From Candidatus Gottesmanbacteria bacterium GW2011_GWA2_43_14 (GTDB taxonomy: Bacteria > Patescibacteriota > Microgenomatia > 2-02-FULL-39-11), in contig LCFP01000002.1 in NCBI GenBank assembly GCA_000999095.1, forward strand, positions 69,736 to 133,735: a stretch of 64,000 nucleotides of DNA. The letters are read 5' to 3'. The translations under genes and the position numbers were made by a program. Under the pieces are notes generated by a model. The model did not search any database. It worked only from the letters and a program-made list of their open reading frames with translations, and had not been told where the DNA came from. Positions 55,024 to 64,000 of this stretch are shown in pieces; positions within the stretch are counted from its first letter, which is position 1; each line of letters opens with the position of its first letter.

Positions 55024-56088
55024 CTATAACTTATTTTTTATTTCTTCAGCGATTTCTTTTCCGATCAGATCATTTGCAAAAACTGTAGGATGTGCGTGAT
55101 CGTAATACAATTTATGCTGCCTGAAGTCCCGTAATACAGGCAAAAGGTCAATGTATTCCAATTTCAGCTTGTCAGCAATATTTTTCAGCATAGTTTGCGG
55201 GTAATTTTCCGAATAATCAGCATAAACCTGATAGGATACCGGAAAACAGACTATAACTACCTTAAAATTATGTTTTTTTGACAATAAAACCAGTCTCTCT
55301 AGTTGTTTTTCTACAGAAATCCAGCTCTCTTTGGTCCAGGCGGCACCCCAATCATACTGAGTAGCCTGAATCATTTCTTTAAATTGCCCGGGATCCTGCC
55401 GCCAATTTTTATTTCCTATCCTGCTCCAGTCGCGATAATTAACATTATTTTCCTTGACCCATTTTCTAAATACCAGTTCCCTGTATATAGTCTCGATTAA
55501 AACGCTCTGGCGGCGCCAGAAATTACGGTAATCAATATCAATGGGAAACCCGTGAGGCGGCCGGCTGTCATTGAGATAGAAACCGACAACAATCATATCC
55601 GGTTTTATCGCGAGTCCTTTCTCCTCCAAAATATCCACTTCTTCCGCCAGTCCTATATCGCTGACCCCGGCATTAACAACCTGCAGCTTTTTACCGGAGA
55701 AATTGCTTTCAAGGTATTTGCCTATTTTTTCAACATAGACTTCATCGGCTTTTAGATAATCTCCCAATGTTATGGAGTCACCCAAAACCAAAATTCTGAA
55801 TTCAGACTGGACTTTTTCACCGATTTCCTCATCTCGGAAGCCCAAGGAATTTGTCGAAACAGGAATATCCCTTTTAGAAAGATAGTGATTCTTTATGGTA
55901 ACCCGGACATTGGGAACCAGTCTTCTGCCCGAAGTTGTATTTCTGACTAAAAACTCCGGGTCGTTTTCAATTACTGATCCGGCGGACATTCTGTCCCTGA
56001 CTACATAGGATTCCGTCAGCCTCAATATTGACTCGGCAACCAAAAGTGCTGAAATCAGTCCCAGGCAAAATAGCATTAACTTTCTCAT
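55024..56088 (-). CDS. Membrane-anchored SGNH/GDSL-family hydrolase (paralog 2 of 3)
   Basis: N-terminal TM; TNSLGFRDEEIGEK...FRILVLGDSITLGDY block shared with 60577..61731. Confidence 0.6.
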   Translation of the reverse strand: MRKLMLFCLGLISALLVAESILRLTESYVVRDRMSAGSVIENDPEFLVRNTTSGRRLVPNVRVTIKNHYLSKRDIPVSTNSLGFRDEEIGEKVQSEFRILVLGDSITLGDYLKADEVYVEKIGKYLESNFSGKKLQVVNAGVSDIGLAEEVDILEEKGLAIKPDMIVVGFYLNDSRPPHGFPIDIDYRNFWRRQSVLIETIYRELVFRKWVKENNVNYRDWSRIGNKNWRQDPGQFKEMIQATQYDWGAAWTKESWISVEKQLERLVLLSKKHNFKVVIVCFPVSYQVYADYSENYPQTMLKNIADKLKLEYIDLLPVLRDFRQHKLYYDHAHPTVFANDLIGKEIAEEIKNKL

Positions 56089-57299
56089 ATCATCTCCCCG
56101 TATAGCTTCATTACTTTCCGGTAGTGATCGACCGGATTAAATTTATCTACGGCCATTTTTCTGGCATTTCCCCCCAACCTTATAACCGATCCTTTGTCTC
56201 CGGAAAGCTTTTTAATTTTTTCCAACAAATCATCCAGGTCACCTGGTTTAAACAAATAGCCCGTGTAATTATCATCAACCAGTTCCGGAATGCCGCCGAT
56301 ATCAGAGGCGATTACCGGTTTACCGCAGGCAAAAGCCTCCAAAATAGACATACCGAATACTTCAGGCCACAAAGAGGGCAAAATAACAGCCAGGCTCCGG
56401 CTGATTACTTTCTTAAGCGCTGCTCCCTCTAAAAAACCGCTGAATTCCACATTTTTCATCCGTTTTTCTTTGACAAAATTTTTCAGTTCATCCTCCTGTT
56501 GCCCCCGGCCGGCAATTTTCAATTTAATGTCCGGTAAATTTTTCATTGCTTTTAACAGTAAAAGCAGCCCTTTTTCCGGCGATAATCTGCCGAAATACAA
56601 CAGATATTCTCCGGCTGATTTCCTGTATGGATATTCATGGCTGATTATAAAATGTGGTATCGTTCTGATTTTTTCTTCCCTGATACCGGATTCAATCAGT
56701 TTCTTTTTCATAAAAACCGAAGGAGAAATGTATTTATCTATCAGGTTATGCTCCCAACCTGCCAATTGGTGAAAATATTTTTCCAATACTTCAATGGAAC
56801 TGTAGAATCTAGAATTACGTATACATCTGTGCGCTATAGCCTTGTAAAATCTACCGCCGAGGGTTATTTCACAAACAGCACCGTTATGAAACAAATTATA
56901 ATTCGGGGAGATCAGATGATAATCGCCCAGATTCTGGACAATCGGTAAATGCTTTTTTTTTACGGCCGGCAGAATGGAAGGGGAAAGATGGTGATATATA
57001 GTATGAAGATGGACGATGTCAGGTTTTACCTGGTCAATCAGTCTGCTTATCTTATTGTTAGCTTCGGGTGAATAGAATAACCTGATAAATTGCCTGAGAC
57101 GCTGATATAATTGCGAATTGTCATAAGATACATTGGATACGGCAAAATCAGCCCATCTGCTTTGTCCGTCAGCGGCTGATTGCATGTAAAAATATGAAGT
57201 CCTGTTTCCCCGGGCCTCCATCAGTTTACCCAGCTCAAAAAAATATCTTTCCACGCCTCCGACCAGATGGAAAAATTTATTGACATAAAGTATATTCAT
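56085..57299 (-). CDS. Glycosyltransferase family 4 (GT-B)
   Basis: EVFGMSILEAFACGKPVIASDIGGIPELV (E-X7-E motif region). Confidence 0.75.
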   Translation of the reverse strand: MNILYVNKFFHLVGGVERYFFELGKLMEARGNRTSYFYMQSAADGQSRWADFAVSNVSYDNSQLYQRLRQFIRLFYSPEANNKISRLIDQVKPDIVHLHTIYHHLSPSILPAVKKKHLPIVQNLGDYHLISPNYNLFHNGAVCEITLGGRFYKAIAHRCIRNSRFYSSIEVLEKYFHQLAGWEHNLIDKYISPSVFMKKKLIESGIREEKIRTIPHFIISHEYPYRKSAGEYLLYFGRLSPEKGLLLLLKAMKNLPDIKLKIAGRGQQEDELKNFVKEKRMKNVEFSGFLEGAALKKVISRSLAVILPSLWPEVFGMSILEAFACGKPVIASDIGGIPELVDDNYTGYLFKPGDLDDLLEKIKKLSGDKGSVIRLGGNARKMAVDKFNPVDHYRKVMKLYGEMI

Positions 57300-57307
57300 A
57301 AATTGTT

Positions 57308-58435
57308 ATGAAACAAATTGTTGTGCTGTCGGGAGGCAATTATTACTCGGATCTGGTCAGGATTGAACAGATGCTTCCCGGTTTTCTTTCAAAACATTAC
57401 CAGGTACTTTTTATTGAATACCCTAAGTTTAGCAGAATTATCCGGTTGATTGCAGGCAAGCAGACATACCTGGAAAAAGTGAATAACCAGCTTACAGTCA
57501 TCCATACTTTCGGACTGTTACCATGTGGCAGATCAGTAGCTCAAATAAACCTGCTGAATCACCGCCTCAACTATTTTCTTGTGAAAAACCTGATAAATAA
57601 AAAATATCTTTTACTTTCATTTACTCCGGAAGCGGTTCTTATACCCCTATTGATGTCAGGAGCAAACCGGGTTTATTATTGGGTGATTGATGATTATGTT
57701 ACCCTCCCATTTTGGAACAATCCATGGCAAAAACGGCAATTCAGATATCTGGACAAACTGATGGTATCCGGATCTGACAGGATTATCGCCGCATCAACGA
57801 CCCTCTATGAACAATACCGCAAGGATAAGCCTCAAACATTCTACTTTCCTACTCCGGCGGACTTATCGGATGTAAAGATAATCGATAATGAAATTCCCGG
57901 CGATTTAAAGGCAATGGAAGGTCTTAAAATAGGCTTTATCGGAGCTTTCTATGACTGGAGGATAGATATTGATCTGTTACTGAAAACAGCCGCATATTAC
58001 AGTAATCATTCCTTTATTTTTATCGGCAGTTTTAAGGTACGGAAAAAATATCTGCGGGACAGGCTATACAGCATGAAAAATCTTCACTTTCTGGACTATA
58101 AAAAGCCTGAATACCTGTCTCTATATATCAACGCTTTTGATGTTTGTCTTATTCCCTATAGAATGAATGCTTATGGCATTTCGGCCTATCCGGTGAAAAT
58201 CAACGAATACCTTTATGCGGGTAAACCGGTTGTCACTACTGCCTTACCGGCTCTTAAAGACCTGGCAAACAGAAAATTAATCTACTGGGCTGATAATAAT
58301 CGGACTTTTATAAAGTACATTGGCAAAGCGATCAGGGAAAATGATCCTGAATTAAAAAAGGCCAGGAAAAAAACAGCCTCCGCCAATTCATGGCAGGCCA
58401 GATCCGCTGCTTTACTAAAATTGCTGGAACAATGA
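57308..58435 (+). CDS. Glycosyltransferase, GT-B fold (GT4-like)
   Basis: C-terminal YPVKINEYLYAGKPVVTTALPALKDL nucleotide-sugar-binding region. Confidence 0.55.
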   Translation: MKQIVVLSGGNYYSDLVRIEQMLPGFLSKHYQVLFIEYPKFSRIIRLIAGKQTYLEKVNNQLTVIHTFGLLPCGRSVAQINLLNHRLNYFLVKNLINKKYLLLSFTPEAVLIPLLMSGANRVYYWVIDDYVTLPFWNNPWQKRQFRYLDKLMVSGSDRIIAASTTLYEQYRKDKPQTFYFPTPADLSDVKIIDNEIPGDLKAMEGLKIGFIGAFYDWRIDIDLLLKTAAYYSNHSFIFIGSFKVRKKYLRDRLYSMKNLHFLDYKKPEYLSLYINAFDVCLIPYRMNAYGISAYPVKINEYLYAGKPVVTTALPALKDLANRKLIYWADNNRTFIKYIGKAIRENDPELKKARKKTASANSWQARSAALLKLLEQ

Positions 58436-59337
58436 TTAAACTTACCGCCATCATCGTTACCGTCAAAAAAGATAAACATCTGCTTAAAACCTGCCTGGTA
58501 TCACTTGATAAATCAGTAAAGCATGCAGGGGCTGATATAAATTATCTCATCGTTGCCAATGGCACCGTAATAAGAAAAGAAGAATACCCCGCAACCGGCG
58601 TTTCCATTTTGAAATTAAAAAAAAATGCTGGATTCGGCCCCGCCGTAAATTCAGCCATGAAAAAGGTTGAAAGTGACTGGGTGATAATTGTCTGTCCTGA
58701 TGTTATTACCGGAAAAAGCTGCCTTAATGAAATTTTGCCGTTTAGCCTCGACACTACAGCCGGCATAATCGCCCCTCTTGTCAGACTTAAAGATAAAAGA
58801 ATCCAAAAAACTATTCTGCCCGTCCCCTCAATTAAAGAAATTTTTATCGAATCTTCATATTTGTATAGGCTACTGCCGGCACTATTTAAATCCCCGCTAT
58901 CTGATAATTCTTTTTATAAAAGGACAGGCAAAGTCGGGGCGGTAGCGGCTATTTGGTGGCTGGTCAGGAAGGAGGCATTTCAGAAGGCAGGCGGATTTGA
59001 CAATCGCTTTTTCCTCTACTTTGAAGATGTTGACCTCTGCTGCCGGATGAGAAAATCCGGTTATGATCTTATATTCGCTCATAGGGCTGAAGCTTTGCAT
59101 CTGCCTCATCAAAGCACAGGAGGTAAGACAGACGGCAGACTCTACCTGATATCACTAAAAAGATTCCTTAGGAAATATTACGGAAAAAATACCTCCGCTT
59201 TTGCCATTATCATTTTTGCAATCGGCAGCTATCTCAGATTTTTTTACTGGCTGTTTATATATTTGACAGGACGAAATTTGAACACCAGAAAAACAGCGGT
59301 GGATAAACTCTTTTTTTTTAAAAGCATGGCATCTTAA
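58432..59337 (+). CDS. Glycosyltransferase family 2 (GT-A)
   Basis: LTAIIVTVKKD N-terminus, DxD-type YFEDVDLCCRM motif, WWLVRKEAFQKAGGFDNRF. Internal ATG at 58432 is ATGA-coupled to the upstream stop. Confidence 0.7.
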   Translation: MIKLTAIIVTVKKDKHLLKTCLVSLDKSVKHAGADINYLIVANGTVIRKEEYPATGVSILKLKKNAGFGPAVNSAMKKVESDWVIIVCPDVITGKSCLNEILPFSLDTTAGIIAPLVRLKDKRIQKTILPVPSIKEIFIESSYLYRLLPALFKSPLSDNSFYKRTGKVGAVAAIWWLVRKEAFQKAGGFDNRFFLYFEDVDLCCRMRKSGYDLIFAHRAEALHLPHQSTGGKTDGRLYLISLKRFLRKYYGKNTSAFAIIIFAIGSYLRFFYWLFIYLTGRNLNTRKTAVDKLFFFKSMAS

Positions 59338-59342
59338 TTTCT

Positions 59343-60641
59343 ATGAATCCAAAATTAAAATGGCTTTTTGCTCTGGCATTGACCGGTTATCTTTTAATCA
59401 ACTTTTTACTTATCCCCTCTAAAGGCACCGGGGATGTTGAGAATTGGACCGGGATTATCAGCTATGTCAGATTGAATCCTGATAAAAATCTGTTTCCCTC
59501 CTGTCTAAACCATCAATGCGGGGTTTTCTATCCGGTTACCTATCCTCCCGGGCATTTTCTAGTAGTATACTTAGCAGCCAGACTGTTTCCGGCAAATGTG
59601 ACTCCGCTGTCAACCTTCAAACTCACTGTTGCCTTATTCTATCTGCTGGGATTTGCAGCTTTATATTTCTATAACCGTTCACAATCGAAAATTAAATTTT
59701 CTTCCCTTAAACTCGCCTTGCTTTATTTTTCCCTGCCCAGCTTCATTATTAATACCCAGGGATTAGGCTATACCGATATTTTTTATGTGCCGTTTTTAAT
59801 TTTATTCCTGATGCTTATCCGGAATGAACGCTATTTTTGGTCAGGTCTTTGTTTCGGTGTAACACTTCTGATAAAGTGGCAGCCGATAATCCTTTTGCCC
59901 CTGACTTTGGTTTTTATAACTTTTGGCAAGGGCAAAATTATCAATTGGCGCAAAACCTCACTTTTTATCGGCGGACTCTTTTTAATGCAATTGCCAATTT
60001 TGCTGTTGAACAAAAACTATCTTTTTACCACCTGGAATTATTTAATAAACGGAGCCATCGGCAATACTATTTTGTCCGCAGCCCTGAATCTCCAATGGCT
60101 TGTCTCCTTCTACTTCCAAAATATCCTGGAAATCAGGGCCGGAAGTCTGCCTGGCTTTCTGATCTTTTCCCCTGATGATCCCTTCAGGTATCTGCTTGAT
60201 TTAGCGAAAATCAGTTACCTGATAATTTATTTACTGATTGTTGTTTTTTTCATTGGAAAGCGAAGCCGGCGGGGAATTGATTTTCCCTTTTACCTCCACA
60301 CATTGTTTGCAGTTTATTTCAGTTATTTCATGCTGTCCGCAGGTGTTCATGAAAATCACCTGATAATGGCCGTAGTCCTGGCATTGCTACTTTTCATTCA
60401 GCATCGTACTAACAAAAACAAAATTCTCTTATTTTTTACTGATCAGGTTTGCTTCTGGAATATGTTCATCTTTTACGGATTAACCGGTATCCCGTTGTTT
60501 GCCCAACCCTATGATAATCCCCGGTTGTATTTAGCGGCTGCCATTATTATTTTTCCCTTATACCTTCTGGTTATTTTTAATTACTTCCTGGGTCAAAAAC
60601 CGGAGGATTATTATCAGGAAATCCGTATTTTTCGGTCATAA
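59343..60641 (+). CDS. Polytopic membrane protein, possible GT-C-fold glycosyltransferase (DUF2029/GT87-like)
   Basis: More than 10 TM helices. Assignment from architecture and context only. Confidence 0.35.
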   Translation: MNPKLKWLFALALTGYLLINFLLIPSKGTGDVENWTGIISYVRLNPDKNLFPSCLNHQCGVFYPVTYPPGHFLVVYLAARLFPANVTPLSTFKLTVALFYLLGFAALYFYNRSQSKIKFSSLKLALLYFSLPSFIINTQGLGYTDIFYVPFLILFLMLIRNERYFWSGLCFGVTLLIKWQPIILLPLTLVFITFGKGKIINWRKTSLFIGGLFLMQLPILLLNKNYLFTTWNYLINGAIGNTILSAALNLQWLVSFYFQNILEIRAGSLPGFLIFSPDDPFRYLLDLAKISYLIIYLLIVVFFIGKRSRRGIDFPFYLHTLFAVYFSYFMLSAGVHENHLIMAVVLALLLFIQHRTNKNKILLFFTDQVCFWNMFIFYGLTGIPLFAQPYDNPRLYLAAAIIIFPLYLLVIFNYFLGQKPEDYYQEIRIFRS

Positions 60642-61731
60642 ATTGCGCCAGTTCATTTCCGATTAAGTCATTGGCAAATTCTCTGGGATGGCAATGATCA
60701 TAAAAAAGTTCCCGGTCCTTATTTTTCCTTAATAGAGGCAATAAATCCAAATAGGTAAACCCGTACTTACCGGTCAGATCAGCTAATTTCGTTTGGGGAA
60801 AATTTTCGAGAAAATCGGCTTCTACCTGATATTTTACCGGGAAAGCTGCTATCAGCACCTTAAAGCCATGGTTTTGCGATAACCGGTTCAGTCTTTTAAA
60901 CTGGTCGCCGATCAGACTCCATGTCTCATCTTTCCAGGCGCTGCCCCAGTCCAGTTCAGCTGCAGCGACCAGTTCCATGAATTCCCTTCTGTCGTCAATC
61001 CAACCGTCTTTTATTTTATTATTAAGAAGGGAAACCCATTTGGCTTTATCGATTCCCTTAATACTTATCCATTGTCTGATCAGAAATTCCCGGTAAATTG
61101 CCTGGACCAGATAACTGTATCTTCTTAATAAACTCTTATTTTCCGAATCACCCGGAAAACCCCAAGGCGGGCGGCCGTCATTGAGATAAAAGGCTACCGC
61201 AACTATATCGGGTTTTGTGCTCAATCCGCTTTCCTCAAGGAGATCGATTTCCTCTTTTATTCCGATATCGGCAACGGATGCATTAATGACCTGATAATTC
61301 ACTGAATTTTGTTTCTGATTTAAATAATGCTCAATCCTGGAAACGAACACCTTTTCTACAGGCAAATAATCGCCCAGGACTATTGAGTCACCAAGTACCA
61401 GAATTCTGAATTCATTTTCCTTCTTCCCGGTTATCTCCTCATCACGAAAACCCAATGAGTTTGTCATAACGGATATGTTGTCATACTCTGAAAAAGGGTG
61501 GTTTCTGATAATTATATTGGCATTGGGGATCAATCGTCGACCTCGGGCAGATTCCGTCACCAGAAACGGCGTATCCGCATCTCCCTCGGAAAGATGGAAT
61601 TTATTATTTTCCCCTTTGATTATTCTGACAGCGTGATTTCTGTAAAAAATCTCGGCAATAAGAAGCGGCAGAATAAAAGAAGCGGAAAAAAGCAGTAGTC
61701 TGAAAAAATATTTAGCTGATTTTTTTTTCAC
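60577..61731 (-). CDS. Membrane-anchored SGNH/GDSL-family hydrolase (paralog 3 of 3)
   Basis: TNSLGFRDEEITGKKENEFRILVLGDSIVLGDY; close paralog of 55024..56088. Confidence 0.6.
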   Translation of the reverse strand: MKKKSAKYFFRLLLFSASFILPLLIAEIFYRNHAVRIIKGENNKFHLSEGDADTPFLVTESARGRRLIPNANIIIRNHPFSEYDNISVMTNSLGFRDEEITGKKENEFRILVLGDSIVLGDYLPVEKVFVSRIEHYLNQKQNSVNYQVINASVADIGIKEEIDLLEESGLSTKPDIVAVAFYLNDGRPPWGFPGDSENKSLLRRYSYLVQAIYREFLIRQWISIKGIDKAKWVSLLNNKIKDGWIDDRREFMELVAAAELDWGSAWKDETWSLIGDQFKRLNRLSQNHGFKVLIAAFPVKYQVEADFLENFPQTKLADLTGKYGFTYLDLLPLLRKNKDRELFYDHCHPREFANDLIGNELAQFMTEKYGFPDNNPPVFDPGSN

Positions 61732-62465
61732 GACGGTATTTTTTTTCCTAATGCCACCACGGATGAACCGAAAGGCAATGATATATATTTCAGAAGCTGA
61801 TTTTCACAGTTAAGGATCAGATAGAAAATTTCATTTATAAGAAGGGGCAGGGGATGGCTGTCGGAATGAAAATATCTTTTCCCTTTAATTCTTTCCAGAC
61901 TTCTTTTAATTAATAGAGGCACGGTCAGCAGCATGTTGGCATAGGAAATCCCTACAACCGTAAATCCTGAAGTTTTCATCTTACGACCTACTTCTCCGGT
62001 AGTGTATCGGTGACGGGTTTCCACTACAATATCATGTGCTCCCCTCAATATCTCGAGAGCGGGCAGACGGAGCAATAATAATCCTTTCGGTTTCAGAACG
62101 CGGTATAATTCTTTAAGTGCAGCAGTATCATCCGTAACTTTTTTGTGGTAGAGAACGTCCAGACAGACAACCAGATCAAAATAATCATCCTGAAAAGGCA
62201 ACTCGGAGACGCTGGCTTTGATTACATGCCTCAAGCCCTTTTTTTGGGCAAATTTTAAAGCAGTTTCGTTGATATCAACAGCGTAAACGGTCCCGAACCG
62301 TGTCAACTTTAATGACATGCCCCCTGTTCCGCAGCCGGCATCAAGTATGACTTTTTTTTTCCGGACAAAGGAGGCTATGCTTTCTATAACCTGTTCTCCC
62401 ATCGCCCGGTACCAGAAATGTTTGTTTTCCAGTTCTTCTATCCTCTTGTATTCCGACTTATGCAT
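61728..62465 (-). CDS. Class I SAM-dependent methyltransferase (Methyltransf_11/25-like)
   Basis: SAM-binding motif ILDAGCGTGGMSLKL and acidic loop AVDINETAL. Confidence 0.7.
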   Translation of the reverse strand: MHKSEYKRIEELENKHFWYRAMGEQVIESIASFVRKKKVILDAGCGTGGMSLKLTRFGTVYAVDINETALKFAQKKGLRHVIKASVSELPFQDDYFDLVVCLDVLYHKKVTDDTAALKELYRVLKPKGLLLLRLPALEILRGAHDIVVETRHRYTTGEVGRKMKTSGFTVVGISYANMLLTVPLLIKRSLERIKGKRYFHSDSHPLPLLINEIFYLILNCENQLLKYISLPFGSSVVALGKKIPS

Positions 62466-62508
62466 TGATAAAAGTTATTATATATTATAAGAGAGGAACA
62501 ACATTACT

Positions 62509-63732
62509 GTGACTTACGTCAAATTACAGTCCTTCTATAATTCGGGCCGGAAACCCGGAGTCTTATTGCTGGCGGCAATTCTGGTTTCTTTCCTTTTTTT
62601 AAAAATTTTTCTTAATCCTTTATATGATGATGAATACAGCAATTACGGCCAGATAAAACTTTTTTTGGAAGGGAATTATTCCGCCTATCCGAAAATCGGC
62701 GTTATCCCCGGATACCACTTTTTTGTTTCTTCCATGGGAATTTTGCTCGGTTTAACCCAAATCCCCCAGTTAAGAATAATTAACTTTATTATGGTACTCT
62801 TATCTTTCTATCTGTTCTGGAAAACTGCCGGATTACTTGAAGATTATGGATCAATTAATCTTAAAACCCTGCAATTTATTTTCCTGCCCGTAATTTTTCC
62901 GTACAGATTTCTTCTCTATACTGAGAATTTGTCAGTGCCGCTTATACTCGGCTCACTTTTCTTTCTGCATAACAAAAGGCATTGGCTGGCAGGGCTTTTG
63001 GCCTGTTTAAGCATGCTTGTCAGACAACTGAATGTATTTCTGGTGATTTACCTCATTTTACATATTACAGCGGAAACAATGGGTAAGCAGAAAAAATTGA
63101 AAACAATTATCAAAAATAATTTAATTAATATATTTGGACTACTGGCATTTGCAGGGTTGTTCATAATCAATAAAGGCACTGCCATAGGAGTTCAGGACCT
63201 GCATCCCGATTTTTTCATTTCCCCCGGAAATTTATACTGGGCCCTTTTCCTGTTTTTTATCATGTTTATCCCCATAAACATTGCCAATTTTTGGGCAATC
63301 AGGACCTTTATCAGACAGCATAAAAAAATTTTAATATTCGCCATGATATTTATTATTTCTGCGGTTATAACCTTTACGGCCAATCACCCCTGGAATCAGT
63401 CGCCTGAACATCTCAGAAACCGGCTGCTCCTGGCCGTCAACGGCAATATTATCACGGAGATTCTCTTTTTTAGCGCCGTCGTATATGCCATTTTCTCGCT
63501 GGCTATGATCAAACTCAACCGACCGCTGAATTATCTCATTTATCCTCTATCGATCCTGTCACTTCTGCCGATCTGGCTGATTGAATCAAGATATGCCCTC
63601 TTACCGCTTCTTCTGTTTATGCTTTACCGGAAACCTACGGAAAAGCGGTTGGAATATCTTACATTGGCCGGCTTTATTATTTTTTCTGCTTACCTGTATT
63701 ACGGTTACTTAAAGCAGGTCTTTTACTTTTAA
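62509..63732 (+). CDS. Polytopic membrane protein, possible GT-C-fold glycosyltransferase
   Basis: More than 10 TM helices; GTG start. Architecture and context only. Confidence 0.35.
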   Translation: MTYVKLQSFYNSGRKPGVLLLAAILVSFLFLKIFLNPLYDDEYSNYGQIKLFLEGNYSAYPKIGVIPGYHFFVSSMGILLGLTQIPQLRIINFIMVLLSFYLFWKTAGLLEDYGSINLKTLQFIFLPVIFPYRFLLYTENLSVPLILGSLFFLHNKRHWLAGLLACLSMLVRQLNVFLVIYLILHITAETMGKQKKLKTIIKNNLINIFGLLAFAGLFIINKGTAIGVQDLHPDFFISPGNLYWALFLFFIMFIPINIANFWAIRTFIRQHKKILIFAMIFIISAVITFTANHPWNQSPEHLRNRLLLAVNGNIITEILFFSAVVYAIFSLAMIKLNRPLNYLIYPLSILSLLPIWLIESRYALLPLLLFMLYRKPTEKRLEYLTLAGFIIFSAYLYYGYLKQVFYF

Positions 63733-63797
63733 ACTGACGGAAAAGTGCTATAATTTTTATTTTATCGGGCTTCCTTCTGACCGGTTATCTGCAATTT

Positions 63798-64000
63798 ATG
63801 TCAAAAAAATTAACCTTTTTTCTTTTTACAATCGTTGTTTTAGGCACGTTATTACGCATCTACAAGTTGGACCGGACGCTTTCCTTTGATACAGATCAGG
63901 CTGCCGCTTATCTGATTGCAGACAGAATTTTAAGCGGAAAAAATCTGCTGCTGGTCGGCCCGTTGACCACTATCTGGCAGGTTAACCTGCTCCCGCCCAC
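63798..64000 (+). CDS. N-terminal fragment of a GT39/83-like (PMT/ArnT-like) membrane glycosyltransferase, truncated by the window end.
   Basis: MSKKLTFFLFTIVVLGTLLRIYKLDRTLSFDTDQAAAYL resembles the PMT/ArnT N-terminus (TM1 followed by the D-x-D/E loop motif). Confidence 0.4.
   Translation, partial: MSKKLTFFLFTIVVLGTLLRIYKLDRTLSFDTDQAAAYLIADRILSGKNLLLVGPLTTIWQVNLLPP

Noticed and set aside
1-64000. CRISPR arrays, IS elements, integrases and phage genes
   Set aside because: No regularly spaced direct repeats, transposase or integrase motifs, or phage structural genes were seen. The only phage-like element is the isolated S74 chaperone domain, which is interpreted as a domesticated self-processing module.

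Overview
This 64-kb window is from a low-GC, compactly organised bacterial chromosome. Operons are tightly packed with ATGA/TAATG-coupled starts, and many -10 boxes sit immediately before start codons, suggesting leaderless mRNAs. The organism is probably uncultivated, possibly Patescibacteria/CPR-like; that guess is weak, because a complete shikimate pathway is present. The first ~36 kb is conserved housekeeping: two tandem lysozyme-like paralogs, tRNA-Leu, a PPIase-less trigger factor, an ATP-grasp protein, tRNA-Val plus a tandem partial copy, nth, and thrS-infC-rpmI-rplT. A 12-gene phenylalanine supra-operon follows (DAHP synthase, prephenate dehydratase, chorismate mutase, aroB, aroQ, aroA, aroK, aroE, aroC, aminotransferase, pheS, pheT). 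Then come a PBP1A, tyrS, recG, rpmF-nusB-(ACP-like)-rnc and rpsP-KH-trmD. The last ~28 kb is an accessory envelope region: a type IV pilus module (PilM/N/O, PilX-like, a 1061-aa PT-linker surface protein, a Wzy_C+TPR protein), many glycosyltransferases (GT4, GT2, GT39-like GT-C), three paralogous SGNH hydrolases, a second Wzy-like membrane protein, AsnB, two tandem LRR proteins and methyltransferases. The most interesting signal is a probable uncharacterised peptide-modification system present as two loci, the second partly decayed. Each pairs a PqqD-like (RiPP-recognition-element-like) gene with an HPr-kinase-like P-loop protein and a homologous Cys-rich ~55-63-aa peptide. In one locus the peptide is free-standing next to a gene fusing a SipW-type S26 signal-peptidase domain to a PF14907-like nucleotidyltransferase. 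In the other the peptide is fused to a self-cleaving Peptidase-S74 intramolecular chaperone domain and sits next to a HemK-like methyltransferase. All calls rest on reading motifs in the supplied translations; no database searches were run.
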